Assembly (NCBI RefSeq): GCF_004010195.1
Contig: NC_057757.1
Location: 7,276,610-7,340,609 of the forward strand
Direction: 5' to 3'
Source: Chiloscyllium plagiosum
Taxonomy: Eukaryota
Length of the DNA: 64,000 nucleotides
The notes below the pieces were generated by a model. The model ran no database searches. It had not been told where the DNA came from and was given only the letters and a program-made list of their open reading frames with translations. A program made the position numbers and the translations under genes. Shown piece by piece: positions 25,185 through 38,836 of this stretch (the stretch's first letter is position 1; each line of letters begins with the position of its first letter).

Positions 25185-27155
25185 GGATTGCAGATGCTGG
25201 AGATCAGAGTCAAGAGTATGGTGCTGGAAAAGTACAGCAAGTCAGGCAGTGTTCAAGGAGTAGGATAATCGATGTTTCGGGCATAAGCCTTTCATCAGGA
25301 ATGAGGCTTGTGGGCCGGGGCAGACAGATAAATGGAAAGAGGGTGAGGCTGGGGGCAAGGTAGCTGTGAATGCGATAGGTAGATGAAGATGGGGAAGAGA
25401 GTGATAGGTCGGAGAGGAGGGTGGAGCGGATAGATGGGAAAGGTGGTGGACAGGTCAAGAGGATGGTGCTGAGTTGGAGGCTTGGGACTGAGACAATGTG
25501 GGGGGAGGGGAAATGAGGAAACTGGTGAAATCCACATTGGTCCCATGTGGTTGCAGGCTTCCAAGGATGAATATGAGGTGTTCTTCCTCCAGGCAATGGA
25601 TAGTAAATGTTTTGCAATGGAGGATTCCCAGGACCTGCATGCCCTTGGCAGAGTTGGAGAGGAAGTTGAAATGTTCAGCCATGGGGCGGTGGGGTTGTTT
25701 GGGATGGGTGTCACAGAGATGTTCTCTGAAATGATCTGCAAATTGGCGTCCTGTCTCCCTGATGTAGAAGAGACCATGTCGGGTGCAATGGATACAGCAG
25801 ATGACATTGGTGGAGGTACAGGTAAGTTTCTGTCAGATGTGGAAGGATCCTTGAGGGCTGAGGGGGGGGAGGTATGGGCGCAGATTTTGCACTTTCTGTG
25901 GTGGCAGGGGAAAGTGTCGGGAGTGGGGTGTGGGCTGGTGGGGAGGTGGGCGGAGCATGGATCTGGCAAGTCATGGAGGGAATGGTCTCTCCGGAATGCT
26001 GATCGGGTAGGGGAGGGAAATGTATCTCTGATGATGGAGTCCGTTCGTAGGTGGTAGAAGTGACAGAGAATGATGCAATGTATACAGAGGTTGGTGGGTG
26101 GAAGGTGAGATGGGGTGGGAGGGGGGTGCTGTCCTTATTGCATTGGGAGGGGTGGGGTTTGAGGGCAAGGGTGCAGGAAGTGGAGAAGATGTGCTGAAGG
26201 GAAGGTTTGCAGTTCTTCAAAGATCACAATTTCTCCTCCCACATGGTTAACAATGTCCTTCAGGGCATCTCCTCCACTTCCAACCCACCAACATCTGTAT
26301 ACATCATATCATCCTCCATCACTTCCACCACCTACAAACGGACCTCACCATCAGAGATATATTTCCCTCCCCACACTTATCTGCGTCTCGGAGAGACCAT
26401 TCCTTCCACAACTCCCTCGTCAGATCCACACCTTCCCACCAGCCCACACTCCACTCCTGGCATCTTACCCTGCCACTGCAGGAAGTGGAAGGCCTGTGCC
26501 CACACCTCACCCCTCACCTCCATCCAAGGCCCCAAAGGATCCTTCCACATCCGGCAGAAATTTACCTGTACTTCCACCAATGTACCTGTACTTCCACTAC
26601 TGTAAACGTTGCACCCTACGTGGTATTGTCTACATCGGGGAGGCAGGATGCCAACTTGCGGATCATTTTAGAGAACATCTCTGGGTCACCCGCACCAAAC
26701 AACCCCACAGCCTGTGGCTGAACACTTCAACTCCGCTACGGACATACGGGTCCTGGCCTCCTCCATCGCCAACTCCTTACCACCTGACGCCTGGAGGAGG
26801 AACGCCTCATATTCCACCTTGGGACACTGCAACCACACAAGATCAATGTGGATTTCACCAGTTTCCTGAATTCCCCTCCCCCCACATTATCCCATCCCAA
26901 GCCTCCAACTCGGCACTGCCCTCTTGACCTGTCCATCATCATTCCCATCTATCCGCTCCGCCCTCCTCTCCGATCCATCACCTTCTCCCCCACCTTCATC
27001 TGCTTATCACCTTCCCCATAACCCACCCCACTTCCTTTATCTCTCACCCTCCTGGCCCACAAGCCTCATTTCTGATGAAGGACTTATGCCTGTATTGTTG
27101 ATTCTCCTGCTCCTTGGATACTGCCTGACCTGCTAACCTTTTGCAGCACCACATT
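25185..27155. mobile_element. Two Penelope-like 3' fragments in inverted orientation (minus 25185-26200; plus 26205-27155)
   Basis: Both copies carry CH..KCKxCAHTS, YIGEAG/YIRETG..HFREHL (GIY-YIG-like), LEEERLIF.LGTLQPH and a hammerhead-bearing terminal repeat at the outer ends. Confidence 0.85.
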
Positions 27156-27589
27156 CTCTGTCTCTCTCTCTCTGTCTCTCTCTCTCTCTCTCTCAATCTT
27201 GAGAGAGAGAGAGAGAGAGAGAGACCATGAGATATAGGAATGGGAGTCTGATGTTTGTCCCCTTGAGTCTGCTCCACCAATCACTATGGTCATGGTTGAT
27301 CTAATAATCCTCACATGCATGATCCTGTCTTTTCCCCATAACCCTTTATTCCCTGACTGATCACGAATCTATCTCAACCTTAAACATGGAACCATTGAAT
27401 CCCTGCCATGTGGAAACAAGCCATTTGGCCCAACATATCCACACCGACTCTCCAAAGATCATCCCACCCAGATCCAACCCCTTACTCTAAGCCCATCACT
27501 CTGCTTTTCCCATGGACAATCCACCTAACCTACACATCTTTGGACTGTGGGAGGAAACCGGAGCACCCGGAGGAAACCCATGCAGACAT

Positions 27590-28522
27590 CTTTGGTCCAC
27601 ACGCCCATGCCATCCCGATATCCCAACCTAATCTAGTCCCGTTTGCCAGCACCTGGCCCATATTCCTCTAAACAGCCTTCCTATTCATATAGCCACCCAG
27701 ATGCCTCTTAAATGCTGTAATTATACCAGCCTCCACCACTTCCTCTGGCAGCTCATTCCATACACGCTTCACCCTCTGTGTGACAAAGTTTCGCCTCTCA
27801 TCCTAAACCCTCTAGTTCTGGACTTGCCCACCCCAGGGAAAAGACTTTGTTTATTTATCCTATCCATGCCCCTCATGATTTTGTAAACCTCTATAAGATC
27901 ACCCCTTAGCCTCCAATGCTCCAGGGAAAAGCCCAGCTTATTCAGCCTCTCCCTGTAGCTCAAATCCTCCAACCCTGGCAACATCCTTGTAAATCTTTTC
28001 TAAACCGTTTCAAGTTTCATAACATCCATAGCAGGGAGACCAGAATTGCACACAATATTCCAAAAGTGACTTAACCAACATCCTGTAGAGCTGCAACATG
28101 ACCTCCCAATGCCTATAGTCAATGCTCTGACCAATAAAAGAAAGCATACTAAACGCCTCCTTCACTATCCTATCTACCTGAGACTCTACTTTCAAGGAGC
28201 TATGAACCTGCACTCCAAGGTCTCTTTGTTCAGCAACTCTCCCTAGGATATTACCATTAAGTGCATAAGTCCTACTAAAATTTGCTTTCCCAAAATGCCA
28301 CACCTCGCATTTACCTAAATTAAACTCCATCTGCCGCTTCTCAGCCCATTGGCCCATCTGATCAAGATCCCGTTGTAATCTGAGATAACCTTCTTCACTG
28401 TCCACTACACCTCCAATTTGATATCATCTGCAAACTTACTAACTACATCTCTTATGTTTGCATCCGAATCATTTATATAAATGACTAAAAGTAGTGGATC
28501 CAGCATCGATCCTTGTGGCACT
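27590..28522 (-). mobile_element. CR1 LINE RT and 3' fragment
   Basis: SGVPQGS..KFADD..DSEEGYLRLQRDLDQMGQWAEK; close relative of 9268-10340. Confidence 0.9.
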
Positions 28523-30439
28523 CCACTGATTACAGGCCTCCAGTCTTTCTCTAAGATTTTCTATTCATGTAACTGTCCAATGTCTTTTCATTGTTGTGAT
28601 GGTTCATTCCGTGTAAGCACATTTAAAGCTCTTTTTAAAAGTCTATACAGACAGCATCCATTTCATTGCACAGATTAACCTCCCTGATTATTTTTTCAAT
28701 GAGATTTGTCAAGGGTGTTCAGTTTTGAGTCCAGTTACCCTTAGCCACATCTCCAGCATCCACAAAACAGCCTTTTGTGAAGAAGGATCACTACCCAAAA
28801 TGTTAACTCTCTCTTCACAGATATCACCAGAACTGTTGAGTTTCTCCAGCAATTTCTGTTTTCAATCTGCAGTGATACTGTCAGGAAACTCGTTTGCATT
28901 TGCAGGGAACAGTATTTAATACATCAACAATATACAGACCTCTGCAGCATTGCTTTTAAATCTCAACACTTAACTGGTCTACAAGTGGTGGCGCAGTGGG
29001 AGTATCACAGGACTAGAATTCCAGGCCAATGCTCTTAGAATCTGGACTCTAATCACTATGCAGATGGTGAAAATTGAATTCACTCAAAAACTGCATTAAA
29101 AATATGGTCATCTAATGATGTTGCAAAAACCCACCTGGTTCACTTAGAGTCATAGTCATAAAGAGGTACATCACGGAAACAGGCCCTTGGGTCCAACTTG
29201 TCCATGCTGCCCAGATATCCTAACTTAATCTAATCCCATTTGCCAGGACTTGGCCCTTATCCCTCTAACCCCTTCCTATTGATATACCCATCCAGATGCC
29301 TTTTCAATGCTATAATTGCACCAGTCTCCACCACTTCCTCTGGCAGCTCATTCCATACACGCTCTGTGTGAAAAAGTTACCCCATAGGTACCTTTTAAAT
29401 CTTTCTCACTTGGGATGAAAGGGCTGTAACATAAGGAGCGGTTGAATAGTTTGGACTTGTAGTCGCTGGAGTTCAGGAAAAATGGGAGGGGGGATCTGAC
29501 TGAAGTGTGTATATATATATATGTATATATATAGAGGGAGATTGATAAGATGGACGTTAAACAGATGCTCTCTCTTGTGGGACAGGGGGAAAGTGAAGAG
29601 GGTGGTGCTGGGAAAGCACAGGAGATCAGGCAGCATCCAAGGAGCAGGAGAATCGACATTTCCTGATGAAGTGCTTATGCCTGAAATGTCAATTCTCCTG
29701 CTCCTCAGATGCTACCTGATCTGCTGTGCTTTTCCAGCACCACACTCTCGATTCTCCTGCGGTACAGTCTTGAACAAGAAGCCACAGTTATAGTGAGAAG
29801 AGGTAAGTTTAAACTTAATGTGAAGAGAAACTATTTCTGTCAGAGGGATGTCAATCTGTAGAAACCCACTGCCCCAGAGTGCACTGGAGGAGGCAAAATC
29901 AGTCAATAGATTCAAGAAGGAAATAGTTATGTTTCTGATGAAAAGTGGGGTCAAGCGCTATGGGGAGCTGGCAGGAAAGTGGAGTTGAGACCAGGATAAG
30001 ATGAGCCATTAAATACACCTCTTAAAACCATTGTATAATCACACCCATGAAGAGATTTGAAACCTATAATGTTTCTAATGTTTCTGAGTCCTGACAAAAG
30101 GGCATGAAACGTTCAGTCTGATTCCCTTGGATAGATGTTGCAAACCTGCTGACAATTTTTAGCATATTCTGTTTTTATTACCTTTCAACCACTGAAGTGC
30201 GAGTTTATGATTTTCACGCAATTTGGGACACTTTAAATACTTTTTGAGCCATTCAAGTTCACATGATGGTTTCTTCCAGCATTCTGAAGCTGTAAGAATA
30301 CTACTTCTCTCAGTATTTAAATATTTTTCTTTCACAGGATGTGGGCATTTCAGGACAAGGCCATCATTAGCAGTCCATCCCTAATTGCCTCTTGAACTGA
30401 GTAGCTCACCAGGCCATTTCAGAAGGCAGTTAAGATTAA

Positions 30440-31665
30440 CTTGATTCAAGTTATGAGGAGGTGATGAAGATAATTGAGGGGAAAAGTGGTTGATGTGTCT
30501 ACATGGACTTCAGTGAAGACTTTGACAAGGTCCCTAATGACAGACTGATACAAAAGGTATCAGGGGGTGAGCTGGCAAGATGCATACAGAACTGGCTTAG
30601 TCACAGAGACAGTAGTGGCAGAAGGATGCTTTTCTGAATGGAGGGTTGTGACAAGTGGTGTTCCACAGGGATCAGTGCTGGGACCTCTGCTGTTCGTGGT
30701 CTACATAAATGATTTGAAGAAAAACATGGATAATCTAATTAGTGAGTTTGCAAATGATACAAAGATTGGTGGAGTTGGTAGTTGATAGTGAAGAAAATTG
30801 TTAGAGGATCGAGCAGGATGTAAATCAGTCGGAGGCATGGGCAGAAAAATGACAGATGGAGTTTAATCCGGCCAAATGTGAGGTAATGCAATTTGGAAGG
30901 TCAAGTATAGGTGGAAATTATACAGTAAATGGCAGAACTCTTAGGAGTATTGATATGCAGAGGGATCTGGTAATGCAGGTCCACAGATCATTGAAGGTAG
31001 CAGTGCATGTAGATAAGATAGTAAAAAAAGACCTATAGCATGCTTGCTTTTATTGCAAGGAACATTGAGTCTAAGGATACACAAGTCATGCTGCAGCTTA
31101 TTAGAAATTTAGTTAGTCCACACATGGAATATTGTGTAGTATTCTGGTCACCATGGTACCAGAAGGATGTGGATGCTTTGGAGAGGGTACAGAAAAGGTT
31201 TACCAGGATGTTGCCTGGTATGGGGGATTTTATTGATGAGGAAAGGTTGGATAGACTGGCCTTGTTTTCACTGAAACAGGAATTTTAGGGGTGACCTGAT
31301 AGAAGTTTATAAGATTGTGAATGGCATGGATAGAGGTGGAAAGTATGAGGGTTTTCCCCAGGGTAGAGGGGTCAATTACTGGGGATCACCAGTTCAATGT
31401 GAGGGGGCGGTGGGATTTTAAAACAAATGTTCAAGGTTCACACAAAGGGTGGTGAGTGTCTGGAACGTGCTGGCAGAGGAGGTGGTGGAAGCAGACACAA
31501 TAACAGCATTCAAGAAGCACCTGGACAAGTAAATGAATAGAAAGGGAATAGAGGGATACTGATTCTGTAAGTGAAGACAGTTTTAGTATGGAAGGACAAA
31601 ATGAGTTGGTACAGGCTTGGAGGGCCAAAGGGCCTGTGTCTGTGCTGTGGTGTTCTTTGTTCTTA
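30440..31665 (+). mobile_element. CR1 LINE RT and 3' fragment
   Basis: [42 protein letters not shown]. Confidence 0.9.
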
Positions 31666-32094
31666 ATCCCAACGCAATGAGTCGGGAGTAGGTCAGAACA
31701 GTAAGGATGGCCCGTGTTCTTCCCTCAAGGGCATCTGCACACTCAATGGCCTTTGTTTTAACAACAAGATTTCATGGAGCCCTGCTTTCAATTCCAGATT
31801 TGCTCATTGCATTTAAATTCCATTGAGTACTATTGCAGAATTGGAACTCAAATCCAGGAGCATTAACCTACTATTTAAAGCACTAGCTCTACTTAATGGT
31901 TTTATACACCCAGGACCTGATGTGTTGTTTGTTTTGTCACGTGTAATTAATTTCCTTTGGCGGTTCCTCAGCTGACTCTCTGGAGTGCTTGTTCCTGCAT
32001 ATTAAAGGGTGGACATTCAGCATGAGGTCCCAGTGCCGAAATGGCGATGGTGATGGCTTCCACCATGAGCAGGCACCATCGTTTTTCCCAGAAG

Positions 32095-32164
32095 ATGCAC
32101 CGATCCACCATCAGTCAGGTTGGAGCTATTTACTATCCGACTCTCGCAGCTATTGGACTTCCAG
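32095..32164 (+). CDS. First coding exon of a second GPR139-like GPCR (MHRSTISQVGAIYYPTLAAIGLP); exon 2 not found
   Basis: Same length (70 nt), phase and donor context (CCAG|GTAAC) as 19497-19566, with shared YYPxLAAIGxP. In-frame upstream ATGs from 32041 could add up to 18 aa. Confidence 0.75.
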
Positions 32165-33660
32165 GTAACTAACTGCCACTAGTTCCTGTTCATCTGTTAC
32201 CAGCACTAGCCTTGCAGAATGTCAGCATTTATCTTCCTTTTAGCTGTTGTCAAAAGAGAATCTCCAGATCTTGACTTCCTCTGATTCATTATTTGTACTG
32301 TTGCTGTTTTTAGGATGACATTTTAGCTTCTAGACACAAAGAAAGGGTGTAAGATGGGCTCAAATTGCCATTACCAATTTCTTAAAAATTTATTTCCTCA
32401 GTTATCTTTTAAATCTTCTGCTCCTTACCTGAAATCTCTGTCCCTCATCATTGATTCCTCCACCCAAGGGGAAAATTTTCTTCCTGTCTACCCTATCTAT
32501 GTCCGTCATGACTTATACATCTCAACAATGTCCCCTCTCAATTCCCTCTGCTCCAGGGAAAACAACTCCAGCCTGTCCAAAACAAAATCAGAAATTGCTG
32601 GAAAAGCTCAGCAGGTCTGGCAGCCTCTGTGTTGAGGAAGGGTCTGAGGAAAGTTCAGAGGAAGGGTCATTCGACCTAAAATGTTGACAATGATTTCTCT
32701 CTTCAGATGCTGTCAGACTTGCTGAGCTTTTCCAGCAATTTCTGGTTTTGTTTCTGATTTACAGCATCTGTAGTACCTTCGGTTTCGACCCAGTTTGCCC
32801 AATCTTTCTTCGTAACTGAAACTCTCCAGCCCAGGCAACATCCTGGCGAATATCCTCTGTGCCCTCTCCCATCTCTTTCTTATGCTAGAACTTAACCAGA
32901 TGCCACTCCCCGCCAATATGTGAGAACACTATTTGATTTATGGTCGCTCACATTTTGGTATATCAGAGCTCCTACCAGAGCAGCACATTTCTCTTTGAAT
33001 CAGAGAGTCGAATCTTCGAACTCCAGAACCGACTGGCCTCCAACCATTTCTGTGGTCTTTTCAGAAGCTTACTGGCAAGTGGTCATGAAAGCATGAAGAC
33101 CCTCAACATGATGAATTGTGTTCTGAATCAATGCTTAGGAATGGAGATTGGAAATGGATGGAAGACATTACAATCGAGCTGATCTCTTCCACACATATGT
33201 TGTGTGGAATTTTGAACACTGGTTACATGTTCAACAATTATTCCTGTGTTGATGTTCACCTCTTTCCCTGTATATGAATTTATAATCTGAATGTGTTCTG
33301 GAACTATACTCAGTAGTTTTATTCTAAAGGGAAATTAATACACATTTGAAACCGAATCAATTGCTGAGCTTTAATGGAATAGAATGACCTAAATTGAACA
33401 AAGAATGGGTGCACGCTTGACAAGTAGAGTAGCCTCCTATAAAGATAAAATACTGTGGATGCTGTAAACCTGAAACGAAATAGAGAATGTTGAAGAAACT
33501 CGGCCGATCTGGCAGCATCTGTGGAGAGAGAGAACAAAGTTACTGCTTCAAGTCCCATATGTCCCTTCTTCAGAACTGAAGACTTTCCTGCATTCATCCC
33601 TAGTTCATTCCAAATGTTTGACAAAGTGAACAAAATATAATTCTCTGTTTGATACTCAAC

Positions 33661-33918
33661 AGTTCCCGCCTCAGGCAACTATCGGCGTGGAGTTTGCACA
33701 ATTCCCCCCGTGTCTGCGGGGGTTTCTTCCGGGTGCTCTGGTTTCCTCCCACAGTCCAAAAATGTGCCGGGCAGGTGAATTGGCCATGCTAAATTGCCCG
33801 TAGTGCTAGGTGCATTAGACAGAGGAAAATGGGTCTGGGTGGGTTTCTCTTCGGAGGGTTGGTGTGGATTTGTTGGGCTGAAGGGCCTGTTTCCACACTG
33901 TAAGTAATCTAATCTAAT
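33661..33918 (+). mobile_element. V-domain SINE (HE1-like), 5'-truncated
   Basis: V domain and aatctaatcta tail. Confidence 0.85.
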
Positions 33919-34104
33919 TTAAAAAAAACCCGAAACTGTTGGAAATTTGATATTAAGCCCATGTCTTTTATCGTGTCTGTTTTTACTGTCTATAAACATC
34001 AGTCCGGGATATCCAATGTGGTTTAAAACCAGCTAATTTTCAGATTGTCACTTGATTTGTTATAATAATCAAGGCTAACATTACCAGCTGTAGTGTAAAC
34101 TCTC

Positions 34105-34900
34105 GTTGAGAATTATGAAAGCGGGAGCTACAATGAGACCAGAGTGCCTTTGTACACCAGTCGCTGAAAGTAAGAATGTGGGTGCAGCAGGCAATGAGGA
34201 AGGCAAATGGTATGTTGGCCTCCATAGCAAGAGGAGTCAAGTACAGGAGCAATGATGTCTTGCTGCTATTGTACAGGGTCTTGGTGAGACCACTCTTGGA
34301 GCATTGAGCACAGTTTTGCTCTCCATATGTAAGGAAGGATCTTCTGGCAATGGAAGGAGTACCACAAAGATTTATCAGGCTGATTCCTGGCTAAGCAATG
34401 AAGAGAGATTGGATTGGCTGGGACTACATTCACTTTAGAAGAATTTTGGGAGGGTTAGGGTTAGGATCCTATACAAACCTAAAAAATTCTAACAGGACCT
34501 AGACAGGGTAAATGCAGGAAGGATGTTCCCAATGATATGTGAGTCCAGAACCAGAGGACACAGTTTAAGGATAAGAGTCAGACCATTTAGGACTGAGGTG
34601 AGGATGACTTTCTTTACCCAGAGATTGATGAGTCTGTGGAATTCTTTGTCACAGAAAGCAGTTGAATGTTTTCAAGAAAAAGTTACTTATAGAGTCATAG
34701 AGATGTACAGACCGTTTGGTCCAACTCGTCCATGCTGATCGGATATCCTAACATAATCTAGCCCTATTTCTTGTGTTAAAGGGATCAAAAGTTATGGGAA
34801 AGAAAGCAGGAACAGGGTACTGAGTTGGGTGATCAGCCATGATCATGTTGAATGGCAGAACAGTCTAAGGGCTGAATAGGCCACTCTTGCTCCTGCACTT
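34105..34900 (+). mobile_element. CR1 LINE 3' fragment
   Basis: KANGMLASIARG..ESRTRGHSLRIRVRPFRTEVR remnants. Confidence 0.8.
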
Positions 34901-35029
34901 GACTTTTTTTATGAGTAAAATGGCAACAGATGCACCTACACACTGAACGTATCAACCTTATTAGGTTCTAATCCAGGGCCTGCACTTTGGGAGAGGAGGC
35001 AAGCAAAGAGTAGTCTAGGTTGGTTAGTG

Positions 35030-37900
35030 CTATAAAAGTGTACCGCGTGGATTTGGGACACACACTCCTGGAGAGGAGGTGAGTGGAGAGCAGTCTCAGA
35101 CGTTTAGTGACTCTGAATATGAGCGGGAAACTGAAAGGAGGGCTGTGATTTGATTGGCTAATAAGGGGACTGCTAAATTCGAATTTATGTTAAATTGATT
35201 TAATTTATTGGTTGCAACTTGTATAAGCAAAGATACCAAATCAATTAATTTTTTTAAAATTCAAAACTAATTAAATAAAATAAGGATAGAGGGTCGGGTG
35301 ATGTGTTGTTTCTGCATGATGTGGGAGCTGGTGGATCCCATTGTGGTACCCAGAGACCATGTCTGTGGTAAACGCTGGTTGCCGGAAGAACTCTGGCTCA
35401 GAGTTGATGAGCTGGAGTCTGAGCTTCAAACATTGCTACACATCAGGGAGGGGGAAAGTTACCTGGCTGTTTCAGAAGATAGTCACATCTCTTAGATTAA
35501 TTAACTTGAATTTGGCCAGTGGTCAGAGACAAGTGGGTGTAGGTGTGAGTGAGGCAGGTGCAGGGATCCAGGAGGTAGGGTTGCAGGAGCCATAGCCCAT
35601 GTCATTGTCCAACAGGTTTAAGAGTTTTGCTCCCTGCGTGGACAGGAATGGGGACTGCAGGGAGAGTGAGCCGACTGAGCGCAGCACGGTGGTGCAGGGA
35701 GCCATTCAAGTGGGAGGGGAGAGAAGAGAAATGTTGTTTTGATTGGAGATAATATAGTTAGAGGCATCGACATTGTTCTCTGTGTCCAGGATCAAGAGTC
35801 CCGGAGGCTGTGTTGCCTGCCTGGTGCTCAGGCCCCAGATATCTCATCTGGGCTGCAGAGGAATTTGGAGTGGGAGGGTAAAGATCCAGTGGTTGCGGTT
35901 CACGTATGTACCAATGACATAGATAAAACTAGGGCAGAGGTTCTGCTAAGGGAGTATGAACAGCTCAGAGGGAAATTAAAAAAGCAGAACTAAAGAGGTA
36001 GTAATCTCTGGACCACGAGCTAATTGGCACAGGGTCAATAAGATTAAGCAGGTAAACGTGTGGCTCAAAGATTGATGTGGGAGAAATGGGTTTGAATTCA
36101 TGGGACATCAGCACCAATACTGGGGAAGGAGGGACCTGTTCCAATGGGACGGTCTTCATCTGAACCGTGCTGGGATCAGAGTTCTAGTGAATCGCATAAC
36201 TGGGGCTGTAGACAGGGCTTTAAACTAAATGGGGGGAGAGGATGCAGTTGTCGGGGAAATTAGAAAACCAGAATGAAAGGAGGAGGTAAAAGTGTGGAAC
36301 TGAGGAGAGGTTATTAAAATCTCCAGCACAGATACACATACACCAAAGTATTTGGAAAGGGTTAGCAATCAAACTTTAATCACACTGGACAAATGAATGA
36401 CAATGAGAAGAGGGACAGTATTAACCATCCCAATGTGTGCATGCTTGGTAAAGTGTGAGTGTAATGGAGTACACACCTGCGAGAGGGTGTATGTGTGAGT
36501 GTGGGGGTGTATGTATGTGTGTGTGAGAGAGAGTGTGTATGAGAGAGGGTCTGCGAGATTGTGTGTGTGTGTGTTTGTGTGTGCGTGCGTGTGCACGCAT
36601 GCTACTTGACGAAGGAGCAGTGCACCAAAAGCTAGTGCTTCCAAATAAACCTGTTGGACTATAACCTGGTGTTGTGTGATTTTTAACTTTGCCCACCCCA
36701 GTCCAACACTGGCACCTCCACATCATAATTACTTTGTGTCAGTTTTCACGGCAGAAGACACAAGTAATATCCAAAAATTCAAAAGAGTGAGGGGGCAGAA
36801 CTGAGTTTGGTGGCCTGAAGGTGGATAAATCACCTGGACCCAGATAGACTACACCTCAGAGCTCTAAGGGAGATAGCTGAAAACACAGCAGAGGTGATGG
36901 TGATCTTTCAGGATTCACTAGAGTCAGGGAAGGTACTAGAGGACTGGAAAATCACTAACGTGACACCCCTGTTTAAAAAGGCAGTAAGGCAAAAGATGGA
37001 AAATTACAGACCCAATTAGCATAACCTCAGTCATGGGTAAGATCCTGGAATCCATTGTGATGGATGAGATTTCAGAATACTTGGAAGTGTATGGTAAAAT
37101 AGGGCAAAGTCAGCATGGTTTCACCAAGGGGACGTCATGCCTGATAAATCTGCTAGACTTCTTTGAGGTAGTAATGAGCATGTTAGACCAAGGAGAGCCA
37201 ATGGATGTTATCTATATAGACATCAAGAAAGCCTTTGACAAGGTGCCACACTGGAGATTATTGAATAAGATAAGGGCCCATGGTATTAGAGGCAAGGTGC
37301 TAGCATGGATAGCTTGGCTGTCTGGCAGGACGCAGAGTGAGGATAAAAGGGTCCTTCTCAGGATGGCAGTTGGTTACAAGTGGTGTTCTACAAGGCTCAG
37401 AATTGGAACCACAACTTGTCACTTTATACATTAACAATCAAGATGAAGGAACTGAACACATTCTGGTTAGGTTTGCAGATGATACAAAGATAGGTAGAGG
37501 TAGAGGTAGCATTGAGGAAGTGGGGAGGCTGCAAAAGGATTTGATAGGTTAGGAGATTGGGCAAAGAAATGGCAGATGGGGTACAAGGTGGGAAAATATG
37601 AGGTCATGCACTTTGGTAGGAAGAATAGAAGTATTGACTATTTTCTCAATGGGGAGAAGTGCAAAGAGACATGGAAGTTCTAGTCCAGGATTCTCTGAAG
37701 GTAAATTTGCATGTTGAGACAGTGAGGAAGGCAAATCCAATGATGGCATTTATTTTGAAAGGATATGAACATAAAAGTGGGGATGTACTTCTGAGGCTCT
37801 ATCAGGCTCGGGTAAGGCCACAATTGGAGAATTGTGTGCAGTTCTGGGCCCCATATCTCAGGAAGGATGTATTGTCCCTGGAACGTGTTCAGAGGAGGTT
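35030..37900 (+). mobile_element. Internally deleted CR1 sequence (ORF1 zinc-finger/esterase plus RT) with a Penelope-like terminal repeat at about 36430-36725
   Basis: CCFCMMWEL..HVCGK..LRVDELESEL; SGNH-like IGDNIVRGID..CCLPGA..VHVCTND; RT SQHGFTKGTSCL..KAFDKVPH..RFADDTK. It runs into a gap and may be two joined copies. Confidence 0.8.
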
Positions 37901-38400
37901 NNNNNNNNNNNNNNNNNNNNNNNNNNNNNNNNNNNNNNNNNNNNNNNNNNNNNNNNNNNNNNNNNNNNNNNNNNNNNNNNNNNNNNNNNNNNNNNNNNNN
38001 NNNNNNNNNNNNNNNNNNNNNNNNNNNNNNNNNNNNNNNNNNNNNNNNNNNNNNNNNNNNNNNNNNNNNNNNNNNNNNNNNNNNNNNNNNNNNNNNNNNN
38101 NNNNNNNNNNNNNNNNNNNNNNNNNNNNNNNNNNNNNNNNNNNNNNNNNNNNNNNNNNNNNNNNNNNNNNNNNNNNNNNNNNNNNNNNNNNNNNNNNNNN
38201 NNNNNNNNNNNNNNNNNNNNNNNNNNNNNNNNNNNNNNNNNNNNNNNNNNNNNNNNNNNNNNNNNNNNNNNNNNNNNNNNNNNNNNNNNNNNNNNNNNNN
38301 NNNNNNNNNNNNNNNNNNNNNNNNNNNNNNNNNNNNNNNNNNNNNNNNNNNNNNNNNNNNNNNNNNNNNNNNNNNNNNNNNNNNNNNNNNNNNNNNNNNN
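37901..38400. other. Assembly gap (500 N)
   Basis: Run of N. Confidence 1.
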
Positions 38401-38632
38401 TACCCCAGGTCTCTCTCCCACTCTCTCTCTCTCTCACACCTCTCTTTCTCCCTTCCCTCTTGCCTCCCATCTTTCGTGCCCCTCTCTGTTGCTTCCTCTC
38501 ATGCTCCCCTCTGTACTTTTCGTTCTTTCTCTCTCTCTTCTCTCTCACCATCTCTTCTCTCTCGTGCACGCAACCCCCAACTTCTCTCTCTCTCTCTCGC
38601 TCGCTCTCCCTCTCTGCATCTCCCCTCTCTCT
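38401..38632. repeat. CT-rich low-complexity tract (left flank of the provirus)
   Basis: Pyrimidine tract that continues at 45891-46762. Confidence 0.85.
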
Positions 38633-38816
38633 TGTGGGAAGTGAGAAATGTAGTTTCTGCAGGCGATATAGAAGTGTAGTTGTTGTAGGTGGTAGTGGAA
38701 TGTAGTTTCTATAGATGGGGGTGGGATGTTGCGGGGGTGAGCGGGATTCTTGTAACATGTAACATACTTAAGGCTAAGACTTTAGTCTGATTTGTGAGTG
38801 AGTTCTGTTTCTCACA
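38633..38816 (+). repeat. ERV 5' LTR, internally deleted (184 bp)
   Basis: Matches the first about 145 nt and last about 30 nt of the 3' LTR. Confidence 0.9.
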
Positions 38817-38818
38817 AT

Positions 38819-38836
38819 TCGGAGCTCGTCCTGGAT
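38819..38836 (+). promoter_or_regulatory. Primer-binding site, tRNA-Pro-like
   Basis: TCGGAGCTCGTCCTGGAT matches the PBS-Pro sequence TGGGGGCTCGTCCGGGAT at 15/18 positions, 2 nt after the LTR end. Confidence 0.75.

Noticed and set aside
27157..27224. (CT)n-aatctt-(GA)n hairpin
   Set aside because: Juxtaposed complementary microsatellites with no evidence of function.
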